Positions 39,334-50,047 of a DNA stretch of 64,000 bases are shown here, piece by piece (the first letter of the stretch is position 1; each line of letters begins with the position of its first letter). The DNA lies in assembly GCA_051859245.1 (NCBI GenBank), contig JBHYGA010000001.1:128001-192000 (forward strand), written 5' to 3'. The stretch comes from Gemmatimonadaceae bacterium (GTDB lineage Bacteria > Gemmatimonadota > Gemmatimonadetes > Gemmatimonadales > Gemmatimonadaceae). The notes under the pieces were generated by a model. It was not told the origin of the DNA. It made no database searches and saw only the letters and a program-made list of their open reading frames with translations. The position numbers were made by a program, and so were the translations under genes.

Positions 39334-41834
39334 CAGTCGTACCGGAGAGCGTGCATGGGATCAACGGCCGCAGCGCGGCGCGCGGGCAAATAGCCGGCGG
39401 TGAGTGCAATCGCGGCGAGCAGCAGAATCGCCAGTGCAAACACGATCGGATCGTGTCCTTCAAGTCCGTACAGCAGCGACTGCGCCGCGCGGCCCAGTCC
39501 GAGTGCGGCCGCGACACCAACCACGCCGCCAATCACCGTCATCAGACCCACTTGCTTGAGAATCATGCTGCGTACGCGCGACCCGTTGGCGCCAAGCGCC
39601 ATGCGCACGCCGATTTCCCGTGTGCGCTGAGCGACGGTGTAGGCAAGCACACCATAAAGGCCCACGCCGGCGAGCAATGTGGCGAGCAATGCAAACGACG
39701 CCGACAGAATGCTGATCATGCGATCGAGGAAAATATTCTCCTTGATCTGTTGCGGCATGGTCTTGAGCTCACCCACCGGCAACGTGGGGTCGAGTTGTTT
39801 CATCACGGTGGGAATCGCGCTTAGTGACTGCGCCGGCGGCAATGATGAACGCACGTAGAAATACAGATCACCCGTTCGGCGATCCTGACGCCACGGGGTG
39901 AAGAACAGGGGCGGCACGTCGTCTTTGACATCGCTGTACTTCGCGTCTTTCATGAGGCCGACAATGAGGATGTTGAGCGAGTCGCCGCTCTCGCCGCTGC
40001 GCCCCATGTACTTGCCGACCACATCGGTGCCAAGGTTGAACTTCTTGGCGAAGGCTTCGTTCACGATGGCGACGCGCGTGTCGTTCGCGCCATCGCTCGT
40101 GGTGAACTCACGGCCGGCGAGCAGCGTCATGCCGAGCGCCGAGAGATAGCCCGCGCCGACAAGATTCATTCGCGCGTTGGAGTCGATGTCTGGTCCACTC
40201 TCAAAACCCTGGACGCGCACGTCGGTACCCCAGTTGCTGCCCGCGAGCAGCGGCACGGTGGAACTCGCAACTGCCGTCACACCTGGAATCGCGGCCATCT
40301 CTTCTTCAACACGCGTGAGGAAGAGTGCGGAGCGTGTGCTGTCGTAACCATTGCGCGCCGGCGACAACGCGAACGTGACAATGTTCTCAACGTCGGCACC
40401 GATTTCAACGCGGCTCACATTCACCAGGCTCTTGAGGAAGAGACCGGCGCTCACGAGCAGCGCCATTGACAGTGCGACTTGCACCGTCACGAGCGCCGTG
40501 CGAAAGCGTGAGGCCGAACGTCCGCCGGTCATTTGTGAGGCCCCGGCACGAATGGCACTGATCAGATCAGCGCGGGTGCTGTGCAGTGCGGGGAAGAGCC
40601 CGAACAACAAACCGGTGCCGATAGCGACCACCGCGGCAAAGCCGATCACCGACGGCTGCAACTGGAACTGCAGCGTTTCAACCGCGTCTGGCGGCAACAG
40701 CGACGCAATCAGCTTGAGTGTCCAGAACGCCACCAGCAAACTCGCGACGCCGCCGAGCAACGCGAGCACCACGGCTTCCGTGAGCAGCTGCGTCAGCAAG
40801 TGACGACGGTTGGCGCCGAGTGCGAGACGCACGCCCATTTCGGTGGCACGATTCGCACCGCGCGCCAACAACAGGTTCGCGATATTGGCGCAGGCGATCA
40901 GCAACACCACACCCGTGATGCCGAATAGCATGAACAGCGGCGTCCGCGCTTCGCGGTGAATGCTGCTCTGTCCGCGTTGTCCAGGCTCGAGCGTGATTTG
41001 TTTGGCTCGAAAGAGCTGCATCGTGGCGTCGCTCATGCCTTCCTGGAGCGGCGCTTCCACATCGGTAATGATGGGCGAATACACGGTGTTCATGGCCGTA
41101 CGCGCCTGCTCCAGCGTGACACCAGGCTTGAGTCGCGCAAAGAGATACACCCAGTAGCTGCGGCGATTCTCGAAGCCGTTGAATCGCGGTGCGATCTCCT
41201 GACGCATGCTGATCGGTACAAAAATTCCGGGGCGCGATCCCAACGTGGTGCCTTCAAAGCCTTTTGGCGTGACACCAATGATCTCGAACTGCTTGCCGTT
41301 CACGTTGATGTTTTCACCGATGGCTGACGGTGCACCACCAAAACGTTCCTGCCACACGGCATGGCTGATTACTGCAACAAAACTCGCGCCGGGTGCGCCG
41401 TCATCAGCTGGGGTAATCAGGCGGCCCAGCGCCGGTTGTACCTGCAGCACGTTGAAGTACGAGCCCGACACCAGCATGCCGTCGCTGATGAATGGCTCGT
41501 TGCGCACCGCGAGATTGGCGCCGAACGCAAAGTGTCCGGCAACGCCGGTGAACACGGTTTGCACGCGCTCGAGATCGCGCAGCATGGGGTAACTGAACAC
41601 CACATCACAGTCACCGGCCTGATTACATGATGTGCTGCCCGGTTTCGGACCAGGCGCCCCCAAGTTCACGAGCTCCTGCGGCGCGGGAACGGGGAGTGGG
41701 CGCAGCAACATCTGATCGAATAGCGAAAAGATGGCGGCGTTTGCGCCAATACCGAGCGCCAGCGAAGCAATCGCAATCGCGGTGACGAATGGCGTTTTGC
41801 GAAGCGATCGCAACGCCAGTCTGATGTGTCGCAT
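39333..41834 (-). CDS. ABC permease, duplicated MacB/FtsX (ADOP-type)
   Basis: LALGIGANAAIFS, VLLIACANIANLLLAR, EMGVRLALGA, TREIGVRMALGA, DPMHALRYD; start probably 41834. Confidence 0.92.
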   Translation of the reverse strand: MRHIRLALRSLRKTPFVTAIAIASLALGIGANAAIFSLFDQMLLRPLPVPAPQELVNLGAPGPKPGSTSCNQAGDCDVVFSYPMLRDLERVQTVFTGVAGHFAFGANLAVRNEPFISDGMLVSGSYFNVLQVQPALGRLITPADDGAPGASFVAVISHAVWQERFGGAPSAIGENINVNGKQFEIIGVTPKGFEGTTLGSRPGIFVPISMRQEIAPRFNGFENRRSYWVYLFARLKPGVTLEQARTAMNTVYSPIITDVEAPLQEGMSDATMQLFRAKQITLEPGQRGQSSIHREARTPLFMLFGITGVVLLIACANIANLLLARGANRATEMGVRLALGANRRHLLTQLLTEAVVLALLGGVASLLVAFWTLKLIASLLPPDAVETLQFQLQPSVIGFAAVVAIGTGLLFGLFPALHSTRADLISAIRAGASQMTGGRSASRFRTALVTVQVALSMALLVSAGLFLKSLVNVSRVEIGADVENIVTFALSPARNGYDSTRSALFLTRVEEEMAAIPGVTAVASSTVPLLAGSNWGTDVRVQGFESGPDIDSNARMNLVGAGYLSALGMTLLAGREFTTSDGANDTRVAIVNEAFAKKFNLGTDVVGKYMGRSGESGDSLNILIVGLMKDAKYSDVKDDVPPLFFTPWRQDRRTGDLYFYVRSSLPPAQSLSAIPTVMKQLDPTLPVGELKTMPQQIKENIFLDRMISILSASFALLATLLAGVGLYGVLAYTVAQRTREIGVRMALGANGSRVRSMILKQVGLMTVIGGVVGVAAALGLGRAAQSLLYGLEGHDPIVFALAILLLAAIALTAGYLPARRAAAVDPMHALRYD

Positions 41835-42086
41835 GACTGGGGAGGGTCGAACGGTGGGTGTTCTCGGGGGCGGACCCTCATGGGACAACCGGAGACCGGC
41901 CGAGGGTTTGAACGCCGTACGATTGAGGACCGTACGAGGAGAATCGGGGATCGTTTCGACACGGAGACTGGGTCACATGACCTGTGAGCGAACCTGCGCG
42001 GACACATCGGGGTTCAATTATTGTTCGATCAGTGCACGCCACTGCCGGCGTGCACGACCTGACCAACCTCTTGTCTTTCCCCGCCA

Positions 42087-42635
42087 ATGTCTGCTGTGAA
42101 ATTTGCTGGTCGTACGGCGATTGCTCTCGCCGCACTGTCAATCGCCATGCTGTCGGCGTCATCGCTCGAGGCGCAGGCCGCACCCGCTTCGCCACGCGAT
42201 TCGGTCAAGACCACCATCGCGGGCGCCGCGCTCAAGGTGGACTACGGTCGTCCGTCCAAGCGTGGTCGCGAAGTGTTTGGTGGCCTTGAAAAGTGGGGCA
42301 ATGTGTGGCGCACGGGTGCGAATCAGGCCACGCACTTCACCACCTCCAAGACGCTCAACTTCGGTGCCGCGACCGTTCCCGCCGGCACGTACACGCTGTA
42401 CACGCTGCTCGATCAGGGCGGCAAGTGGCAGCTGATCGTGAACAAGCAGACGGGCCAGTGGGGCACGGTCTATGACGCCAAGCAGGATCTGGTCCGTATT
42501 CCGATGACGGTTGAGCAGACCCCCGCCGTCGTGGAAAAGATGGAGATCACCATCACGCCCGCCGGTGCGGGCGGCGAGCTGGCGATCCTCTGGGACCGCA
42601 CCAAGGCCAAGGCCGCGTTCACGGTGGCCAAGTAA
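42087..42635 (+). CDS. Secreted DUF2911 protein
   Basis: Signal peptide; SP..VDYGRPSKRGR, WRTGAN, PAGTYTLY, QWG. Confidence 0.88.
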   Translation: MSAVKFAGRTAIALAALSIAMLSASSLEAQAAPASPRDSVKTTIAGAALKVDYGRPSKRGREVFGGLEKWGNVWRTGANQATHFTTSKTLNFGAATVPAGTYTLYTLLDQGGKWQLIVNKQTGQWGTVYDAKQDLVRIPMTVEQTPAVVEKMEITITPAGAGGELAILWDRTKAKAAFTVAK

Positions 42636-42650
42636 CGCTGGATCCTCTTA

Positions 42651-42686
42651 CTGTCGCTGGCGTGGCGCAAGTCGCGCCAGCGATGG
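42651..42686 (+). terminator. 16-bp stem with GCAA tetraloop after DUF2911
   Basis: CTGTCGCTGGCGTGGC-GCAA-GTCGCGCCAGCGATGG, G.U pairs on + strand; no U tail. Confidence 0.5.
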
Positions 42687-42777
42687 CTGGACGCGGGGCG
42701 TAACATTGGGGTAGGTTGGCCACGGCGACTTTACGAGGTCGCCGCGGCTTCCATCTCGCTCCACTCCCTCCCTGTAA

Positions 42778-44184
42778 ATGCCAGTCCATTCGGTATCCCG
42801 TGGGCTCGACGTTCCCATCGCTGGACCTCCGGCCCAGGTCATTCACGATTCCCGGGCCGTGACCGAAGTTGCAGTACTCCCGGCCGACAGCCGAGGAGTG
42901 CGTCCCCGCTTGCTGGTGCAGGTCGGAGACTCTGTTGAGGCCGGCCAGGCCATCTATCAGGATCGGCGCAATGAGTCGCTGCGGGTGGTCTCACCCGTCG
43001 CGGGTCGAGTCACTGCGGTGCATCGTGGCGCCAGGCGCGTGGTGCAGTCGGTGGTGGTCGCGATGGCGCCGCCCAGCACCGTGGCAGCAAGCGCAACGTC
43101 GAATACGACATCCAACGCGACATCACGCTTTGCGTCATGGTCGCCTCAGGTTGTAGGCAATCGCGCCGCCCTGCGTACACTGCTGCTCGAAAGCGGCCTC
43201 TGGACCGCGTTTCGCACGCGCCCGTTCTCGGAAGTGCCTGCACCTGACGCCGAGCCGCACGCGCTGTTCGTGACCGCGATGGATACGAGTCCGCTGGCGC
43301 CAAACATTGATGTGATCATCGCTGCACGAGCCGACGACTTTAACCGCGGCGTGGAAGCGCTCGTCGCGCTCACCGATGCGCCGGTGTACCTGTGTCGCGC
43401 GAAAGGATCGCGCAGCGGCGACGGGGCGAAGGGCGCGCGAGTGGCCGAGTTTGCGGGCAAGCATCCGAGTGGCACGGTGGGTTATCACATCCATACACTG
43501 GCGCCCGCATCACGCGTTCACGTGTCGTGGCATCTTGGAGCGCAGGATGTGATTCGAATTGGCGCACTGCTGCGAACCGGTGCGTATGATGCGTCGCACG
43601 TGGTCGCGCTCGGCGGTCCGCTGGTCCGCGAGCCGCGATTGCTGCGCACCGTGGTCGGCGCGAACGTGTCACAACTCGTGAAGGGTGAGTTGCTGCGTGG
43701 TGAGCGAAACGGCCACGAGGTGCCGCCGCGTGTGATCAGCGGGTCGGTGCTCACCGGCCGAACGGTTGCTGATGAGATTACCGGATTTCTTGGACGCTTT
43801 GAACAACAGGTGAGTGTGGTACCCGAGGTACAGGAAGGCGACTTTGCCGCCTGGATGCTTCCGGTTTCGCGATCGTACAGTTTTTTGCCGGCCTTTATTC
43901 CGTTGTGGAAGGGGAAAGTAGAACGCGCGTTTGACACGCGGTTGCACGGCGGTCGGCGCGCCATGGTGCCGATTGGTGTGTACGAGCGCGTCTTGCCCAT
44001 GGACCTGATGGCCACGCATTTGCTGCGCGCGCTGGCCGTTGGTGATACCGAACTGTCTGAACAGCTTGGCGCGCTTGAGCTCGATGAAGAAGATCTGGCG
44101 CTGTGTACGTTCGTGTGCCCCAGTAAGTATGAGCATGGCGCGGCGCTTCGCCGCGTGCTCGACCTGATCGCGGCGGAGCGATAG
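42778..44184 (+). CDS. nqrA: Na+-translocating NADH:quinone reductase subunit A
   Basis: GLDVPIAG, SGLWTAFRTRPFS, RVISGSVL, ELDEEDLALCTFVCPSKY. Confidence 0.95.
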   Translation: MPVHSVSRGLDVPIAGPPAQVIHDSRAVTEVAVLPADSRGVRPRLLVQVGDSVEAGQAIYQDRRNESLRVVSPVAGRVTAVHRGARRVVQSVVVAMAPPSTVAASATSNTTSNATSRFASWSPQVVGNRAALRTLLLESGLWTAFRTRPFSEVPAPDAEPHALFVTAMDTSPLAPNIDVIIAARADDFNRGVEALVALTDAPVYLCRAKGSRSGDGAKGARVAEFAGKHPSGTVGYHIHTLAPASRVHVSWHLGAQDVIRIGALLRTGAYDASHVVALGGPLVREPRLLRTVVGANVSQLVKGELLRGERNGHEVPPRVISGSVLTGRTVADEITGFLGRFEQQVSVVPEVQEGDFAAWMLPVSRSYSFLPAFIPLWKGKVERAFDTRLHGGRRAMVPIGVYERVLPMDLMATHLLRALAVGDTELSEQLGALELDEEDLALCTFVCPSKYEHGAALRRVLDLIAAER

Positions 44185-45402
44185 ATGCGCATTGTCCGAA
44201 AACTGTTTGACGGTCTTGAGCCGCACGTTGCACCGGGCGCGAAGTTCGAAAAACTGTTCCCGTTCTGGGAGGGGATGGAGAGCTTCTTCTTCACGCCGTC
44301 CACGGTCACGACGGGTGGCCCACATGTGCGGGACAAGCTGGATCTCAAGCGCATGATGCTGCTGGTGGTGATCGCGCTGGTGCCGTGCATCATCATGGCG
44401 CTCTACAACACCGGCTATCAGATCCATTACGTGGTGGAGCAGGGTGGCACGTTGCTCGACAGCTGGCAGACGGCGGTGTTCACCGCCACCGGGTTGCCAA
44501 CGTCCACGTCGAGCGTGCTGAGCTGCATGGTGCACGGTGCGCTGTATTTCTTCCCGATTCTGATTGTCACGCTCATTGCCGGCGGCACGGCCGAAGTGGT
44601 TTTCTCGGTGGTGCGTGGCCACGTGATCAGTGAAGGATTTTTCGTGACGGGCACGTTGATTCCGCTTATCCTGCCGCCCACGATTCCGCTCTGGCAGGTG
44701 GCGCTCGGCACGTTGTTTGGCATTGTGATCGGCAAGGAGATTTTCGGCGGTACGGGAATGAACTTTCTCAATCCCGCGCTCACCGCGCGCGCGTTTTTAT
44801 TCTTTGCGTATCCGGCGCAGATCTCAGGCGAAGTGTGGGTGGCCGCGATTCAGCCCGATGGACGATCCGGCGCCACGTGGCTGGCATCGTTCGCGGAAGG
44901 GGCGGGCCATCTGCCCGGCTACACCTGGGTCGATGCGTTTATCGGTCGTATTCCCGGGTCCATGGGCGAAACGTCGGTTCTCGCGATTCTGCTCGGCGCG
45001 GTACTGTTGCTGGTGACGAAAGTGGGTGCGTGGCAAACCATGTTTGGTGTGTTGGTCGGCACATTGTTGACGGCATTCGGACTCAACATGGTCGGGTCGG
45101 ACACCAATCCGATGATGGGTTTGCCACCGCTCTATCATTTACTCATCGGTGGTTGGGCGTTTGGTGCGGTCTTCATGGCTACCGATCCCGTGTCGTCGGC
45201 CTTCACGAGTACAGGAAAGCTCTGGTACGGGTTTGGCATCGGTCTGCTGTGCGTACTGATTCGCGTGGTGAATCCGGCGTATCCGGAAGGCATGATGCTC
45301 GCCATTCTCTTCATGAACATGTTCGCACCGCTGATTGATCACGCGGTTGTGCAGGCCAACATTCGCCGGAGGACACAGCGCTATGGCCAACGCGCGGCGT
45401 GA
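44185..45402 (+). CDS. nqrB: Na+-NQR subunit B
   Basis: HVRDKLDLKRMM, GGTAEV, KEIFGGTG, AYPAQISG, SGAT FMN site, FMATDPVS, APLID. Confidence 0.96.
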   Translation: MRIVRKLFDGLEPHVAPGAKFEKLFPFWEGMESFFFTPSTVTTGGPHVRDKLDLKRMMLLVVIALVPCIIMALYNTGYQIHYVVEQGGTLLDSWQTAVFTATGLPTSTSSVLSCMVHGALYFFPILIVTLIAGGTAEVVFSVVRGHVISEGFFVTGTLIPLILPPTIPLWQVALGTLFGIVIGKEIFGGTGMNFLNPALTARAFLFFAYPAQISGEVWVAAIQPDGRSGATWLASFAEGAGHLPGYTWVDAFIGRIPGSMGETSVLAILLGAVLLLVTKVGAWQTMFGVLVGTLLTAFGLNMVGSDTNPMMGLPPLYHLLIGGWAFGAVFMATDPVSSAFTSTGKLWYGFGIGLLCVLIRVVNPAYPEGMMLAILFMNMFAPLIDHAVVQANIRRRTQRYGQRAA

Positions 45403-46192
45403 TTCCACTGCGTACACGATCGGCTTTGCCGCACTCGTGTGCCTTGTGTGTGCAGTCCCCATCGCGGCCGCCGCGGTGGCGCTCAAGCCGCGTCAGGAGC
45501 TCAACGCGCGCATTGATCGCCTGAGCAAAGTGCTGATGGTGGCAGGTTTGATGACCGCGGATGAGTCGCTCTCCGCCGATGCGGTGGAAGCGCGATTCAA
45601 CGAGAGCGTGGTCACGCGTCCGATTGATTTCCGCACTGGCGCGCCCGATTCGTCGGTGGATCTGAAAACGTACGATGCGCGCCGCGCCGCGCGCGATCCG
45701 GCTACCAGTACTGCCGCCGCGGAGAACGCCGCGCGCGTGCTGCGCGTGCCGAACGTGGGCGTTGTATACGAAGTCATGAAAGACGGCGCATTGCGCGCGA
45801 TCATTTTGCCCATCCAGGGCTACGGGCTATGGTCTACGATGTACGGTTTTCTGGCGCTGGAAGGAGATGCGCGTACGGTCTCCGGCATCACGTTCTATGA
45901 ACACGGCGAGACGGCAGGCCTCGGCGGCGAGATTGAAAACCCCAACTGGCAGGCACGCTGGATTGGGCGCAAAGCCGTGGACGAAGCCGGCACCGTGCAA
46001 CTCGAAGTGATCAAGGGACAGGCGGGGCCACCCGCCGATGATCCGTACCGCGTCGACGGATTGTCCGGGGCCACGATTACGGGACGCGGCGTCTCGGCAA
46101 CACTCGACTTCTGGCTGGGCCCGAACGGGTTTGGCCCCTATCTGGACCGCGTGCGCAGCAACAGCGCGCAGGGAGGCAACCGTGCTCGATAA
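45383..46192 (+). CDS. nqrC: Na+-NQR subunit C
   Basis: [34 protein letters not shown] site; start 45383. Confidence 0.95.
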   Translation: MANARRDSTAYTIGFAALVCLVCAVPIAAAAVALKPRQELNARIDRLSKVLMVAGLMTADESLSADAVEARFNESVVTRPIDFRTGAPDSSVDLKTYDARRAARDPATSTAAAENAARVLRVPNVGVVYEVMKDGALRAIILPIQGYGLWSTMYGFLALEGDARTVSGITFYEHGETAGLGGEIENPNWQARWIGRKAVDEAGTVQLEVIKGQAGPPADDPYRVDGLSGATITGRGVSATLDFWLGPNGFGPYLDRVRSNSAQGGNRAR

Positions 46193-46862
46193 ACAAACGC
46201 GCAGTGTACTGCTCGATCCGCTGTTTGATGAGAATCCCATTGGCAAACAAGTGCTCGGCATTTGCTCGGCACTCGCGGTCACCACACTGCTCAAACCATC
46301 ACTGGTGATGTGTCTGGCGGTGACGGCGGTGCTCATTGCCAGCAATGTGAGTATCAGCCTGATCCGTTCCTACATTCCGTCGAGCATTCGCATCATTGTG
46401 CAGCTCACGATCATCTCGTCGCTGGTGATCATCTGCGATCAGGTGCTCAAGGCGTTTGCATACGGCGTGTCGCGACAGCTGTCGGTGTTTGTCGGTTTGA
46501 TCATCACCAATTGCATTCTCATGGGGCGCGCCGAAGCGTTCGCCATGCAGAACGGGCCGCGCGCGAGTTTCTTTGACGCGGTCGGCAACGGTGTGGGCTA
46601 CAGCCTGGTGCTGTTAGCGGTGGCGTTCTTCCGCGAACTGTTCGGGTCGGGCAGCGTGTTTGGCGTGACCGTGCTGCCGCTCGTGCGCGACGGTGGCTGG
46701 TATGTCCCAAATGGACTAATGGTTTTGTCACCGGCCGCGTTCTTTTTGATTGGTGGCTTTATCTGGGCGCTTCGAACGTGGAAGCCAAAGCAGATTGAAG
46801 TGGAGCCGGTGGTCGAGATTGAACTTGACCATGGCGCGGCAGTTTCGCGCCACGCGGCCTGA
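46182..46862 (+). CDS. nqrD: Na+-NQR subunit D
   Basis: GGAGG RBS + GTG 46182; [28 protein letters not shown]. Confidence 0.96.
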   Translation: MLDKQTRSVLLDPLFDENPIGKQVLGICSALAVTTLLKPSLVMCLAVTAVLIASNVSISLIRSYIPSSIRIIVQLTIISSLVIICDQVLKAFAYGVSRQLSVFVGLIITNCILMGRAEAFAMQNGPRASFFDAVGNGVGYSLVLLAVAFFRELFGSGSVFGVTVLPLVRDGGWYVPNGLMVLSPAAFFLIGGFIWALRTWKPKQIEVEPVVEIELDHGAAVSRHAA

Positions 46863-46870
46863 GGCGCGAT

Positions 46871-47488
46871 ATGACCAGTCACTACCTCAGTTTGTTGGTA
46901 CGTTCAATTTTTGTGGAGAACATGGCGCTCGCGTTCTTCCTCGGCATGTGCTCGTTCCTCGCCGTGTCAAAGAAGGTGAGCACCGCGATCGGGCTTGGTT
47001 TTGCCGTGGTGGTAGTGATGGTGATTACGGTACCGCTCAACCAGTTGTTGCTGCATGGTGTGCTGCGCGAGGGAGCGCTCACGTCTCTCCATCCTGCGTT
47101 TGCGACCGTTGACCTGTCCTTTCTCGTCTTTCTCACGTTCATCGGCACCATTGCGGCGTTGACGCAGGTGGTGGAGATGGTGATCGACAAGTTTGCGCCC
47201 GCGCTGTACTCGGCGCTGGGTGTGTTTCTGCCACTCATTGCTGTGAACTGCGCAATCCTTGGCGGCAGCCTGTTTATGTCAGAGCGCGACTACGCATTCG
47301 GCGAGAGCGTGGTGTTTGGACTGGGCTCCGGGCTGGGCTGGATGCTCGCAATCGTCGCGCTCGCAGCCGTACGCGAGAAGTTGCGATACGCAAATCCGCC
47401 GGCAGCACTCCGCGGTCTTGGACTGACTTTTATGGTCTCCGGATTGCTGGCCGTGTGTTTTATGGCGTTCGCCGGCATCCAGCTCTAA
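46871..47488 (+). CDS. nqrE: Na+-NQR subunit E
   Basis: [34 protein letters not shown]. Confidence 0.96.
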   Translation: MTSHYLSLLVRSIFVENMALAFFLGMCSFLAVSKKVSTAIGLGFAVVVVMVITVPLNQLLLHGVLREGALTSLHPAFATVDLSFLVFLTFIGTIAALTQVVEMVIDKFAPALYSALGVFLPLIAVNCAILGGSLFMSERDYAFGESVVFGLGSGLGWMLAIVALAAVREKLRYANPPAALRGLGLTFMVSGLLAVCFMAFAGIQL

Positions 47489-47501
47489 GGAACGAAAGAA
47501 C

Positions 47502-48725
47502 ATGCTTACGGCTCTCTCCGGAATCGCCGCGTTTCTGCTGCTCGTGCTGGCGTTGGTAGGATTGCTGATGATGGCACGCTCACGCCTCGTCAGCACGGGT
47601 AACGTCACCATCAGCATCAATGATGACGCTGAGCGTTCCATCACCGTACCGAGCGGATCAACGTTGCTCTCGACGCTCGCGAATCAGCAGATTTTCATTC
47701 CGTCGGCGTGCGGTGGTAAAGGCACCTGCGGCGTGTGCAAGGTGGAAGTGCTTGAAGGTGGTGGCGCACTTTTGCCCACCGAGACAAGTCACGTCTCGCC
47801 GGGCGAAGCGCGCCATCACGTGCGTTTGTCCTGTCAGGTGAAGGTCAAGCAGGACATGAAGATTCACGTGGAAGAGGAAATCTTCGGCGTGCGTCGCTGG
47901 AAGTGCCGCGTGCGTTCCAACGAGAACGTGGCCACCTTCATCAAGGAGCTGGTGCTTGAACTGCCCGCTGGCGAAACGGTGCCGTTCCGCGCGGGCGGCT
48001 ATGTGCAGATCGAGTGCCCGCCGCATCTGGTGGAGTACAAGAACATTGAAGTGCCCGAAGAGTACCGCGACGACTGGGAGACGTTCGGCTTGTTCAAGCT
48101 CACGTCCACGAGTACCGAGTCGGTGCAGCGCGCGTACTCCATGGCGAACTATCCGGATGAAGCCGACATCATCATGCTCAATGTGCGCATTGCCACACCG
48201 CCGCCGCGCACGTCGGGGCTGCCGCCGGGCTTGATGTCATCGTACATCTTCAACCTCAAGGCGGGTGACGAAGTCATCATCTCCGGACCGTTCGGCGAGT
48301 TCTTTGCCAAGCCGACCACGAACGAGATGTGCTTTATCGGCGGCGGCGCGGGCATGGCGCCCATGCGTTCGCACATCTTTGACCAGTTCCGCCGGCTGCA
48401 TACCGAGCGCAAGGTCACGTTCTGGTACGGCGCTCGGTCGCTGCGTGAGGCCTTCTACGTAGAAGATTTTGACGCGATCGCGAAAGAGAATCCCAACTTT
48501 ACGTGGCATCTCGCGCTGTCGGAGCCGCGTCCGGAAGACAACTGGACAGGTTACACCGGCTTTATTCACGACGTGCTCTACCGTGAGTATCTGTCCAAAC
48601 ATCCGGCGCCAGAAGACATCGAGTATTATCTGTGCGGCCCGCCCATGATGCTGCAGGCGTGCATGAAAATGCTCGACTCGCTCGGCGTGGATCGCGAGAA
48701 TATTGCGTTCGACGATTTCGGATAA
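47502..48725 (+). CDS. nqrF: Na+-NQR subunit F
   Basis: [15 protein letters not shown] 2Fe-2[28 protein letters not shown]. Confidence 0.97.
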   Translation: MLTALSGIAAFLLLVLALVGLLMMARSRLVSTGNVTISINDDAERSITVPSGSTLLSTLANQQIFIPSACGGKGTCGVCKVEVLEGGGALLPTETSHVSPGEARHHVRLSCQVKVKQDMKIHVEEEIFGVRRWKCRVRSNENVATFIKELVLELPAGETVPFRAGGYVQIECPPHLVEYKNIEVPEEYRDDWETFGLFKLTSTSTESVQRAYSMANYPDEADIIMLNVRIATPPPRTSGLPPGLMSSYIFNLKAGDEVIISGPFGEFFAKPTTNEMCFIGGGAGMAPMRSHIFDQFRRLHTERKVTFWYGARSLREAFYVEDFDAIAKENPNFTWHLALSEPRPEDNWTGYTGFIHDVLYREYLSKHPAPEDIEYYLCGPPMMLQACMKMLDSLGVDRENIAFDDFG

Positions 48726-48731
48726 CGCGTC

Positions 48732-49805
48732 ATGATGTCGTCTGGTCGCGAAGGTCAGGCGCGGCCGCGCGGGGCAGTGCGTTGGGTGGCGATGCTGGTG
48801 TTGCTCGGGCTCGCCGCCTACGCGTATCTGCGTCAGCCGCCGAGAGAAACGGGCGCGCGAGAGTTCGGCGGCGCCACGATGGGCACCACATATCGTGTGC
48901 TGTTTGGTCGCACTTCGGATTCCATCAATGTGGACGCGCTGCAGCGAGGCGTGGACTCGGTGTTGCTCGCCGTCAACGCAAGTATGTCTACGTATGACGC
49001 CTCGTCGGAGCTGTCGCGCTTCAACGCGCGCGCTGATACAACGGCGGTGGTGGTTTCCGCGCCGTTAGCCTTAGTGATTTCGCAGGCGCTCGCCGTGTAC
49101 GCTGCGTCGGGCGGAAGTTTTGATGTGACGGTTGGTCCACTTGTAGACGCGTGGGGATTCGGACCGGCAGCGCGCGATACACTCGTACCAACCAATGCCG
49201 AGCTGGATTCGATTGGGCAGTTCGTTGGCTCAGACAAACTGCGATTGCGCGGCACGATGCTCGCCAAGTCCGACGCACGCGTTCGTATTGATCTCTCGGC
49301 GATCGCGAAGGGCTACGGCGTTGACGCCGTGTCCGATTATTTGCTCGGCCGTGGCTACGCGAACCATCTTGTGGAGATCGGCGGCGAACTGCGAGCGCGC
49401 GGCGTGAATGTGCGCGGCGAACCGTTTCGCGTGGGAATCGAGGAGCCGGATCCGGACCGCATTCGCGTTCGTCTGGCGGTCGCGCTAGACAATCGCGCGC
49501 TCGCCTCGTCGGGGAACTATCGTAACTTCTACGAAGTGGGTGGGGTACGATATTCGCACACGCTGGACCCCAGTACGCGCCGACCTACGCAGCACACGTT
49601 GCTGGCCGTGTCTGTAATGCACGCTGAGTGCGCGGTTGCGGATGCATGGGCCACGGCGCTGATGGCAGCTGGGCCAGACCGCGCCTGGGAGCTCGCCGAG
49701 GAGAATGGTCTGGATGTGCTGTTGCTGATTGATGGAGGCGAGGGTCGCGTGACTGAGCGCGCCACGTCAGGTTTCAGTGCGGCGCTGCGCCGCGACGCGT
49801 CATAA
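48732..49805 (+). CDS. apbE: FAD:protein FMN transferase
   Basis: TMGT, SELSRFN, FDVTVGPLV, DLSAIAKGYGVD, VEIGGE, SSGNYRN, ADAWATA. Confidence 0.95.
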   Translation: MMSSGREGQARPRGAVRWVAMLVLLGLAAYAYLRQPPRETGAREFGGATMGTTYRVLFGRTSDSINVDALQRGVDSVLLAVNASMSTYDASSELSRFNARADTTAVVVSAPLALVISQALAVYAASGGSFDVTVGPLVDAWGFGPAARDTLVPTNAELDSIGQFVGSDKLRLRGTMLAKSDARVRIDLSAIAKGYGVDAVSDYLLGRGYANHLVEIGGELRARGVNVRGEPFRVGIEEPDPDRIRVRLAVALDNRALASSGNYRNFYEVGGVRYSHTLDPSTRRPTQHTLLAVSVMHAECAVADAWATALMAAGPDRAWELAEENGLDVLLLIDGGEGRVTERATSGFSAALRRDAS

Positions 49806-49818
49806 CCGGGACACGCTC

Positions 49819-50019
49819 ATGATGATGGTGCTGTTGGTCACGATCTCCATAGTCGCGCTGGTGATGGGTGCGATGGCAATCGGCGTGATGATCTCGGGCA
49901 AGCGGCTCAAAGGATCATGCGGCGGCGAAGGCGGTCCGGACTGCGCCTGTGAGCTGGCCGGTCTCAAGCGCACGGCGGGTGCATGTGCCGCGAAGCAGGC
50001 GTCAACGCCGCAGCGCTGA
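49819..50019 (+). CDS. nqrM: NqrM-like Na+-NQR maturation factor
   Basis: One TM helix, MAIGV, LKGSCGG, four Cys; directly after apbE. Confidence 0.85.
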   Translation: MMMVLLVTISIVALVMGAMAIGVMISGKRLKGSCGGEGGPDCACELAGLKRTAGACAAKQASTPQR

Positions 50020-50047
50020 CGCCATCACCGTGACGCGACCGTTCGTA

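Noticed and set aside
43070..43130. Ser/Thr/Asn-rich mini-duplication in NqrA (SNTT-SNAT)
   Set aside because: Short in-frame linker insertion; no evidence of functional significance.
42778..48725. Rnf complex
   Set aside because: Gene order and NqrA/NqrF signatures (no RnfB/RnfC ferredoxin motifs) identify Na+-NQR.
49819..50019. Cys-rich RiPP precursor
   Set aside because: TM helix + GSCGG directly after apbE matches NqrM.
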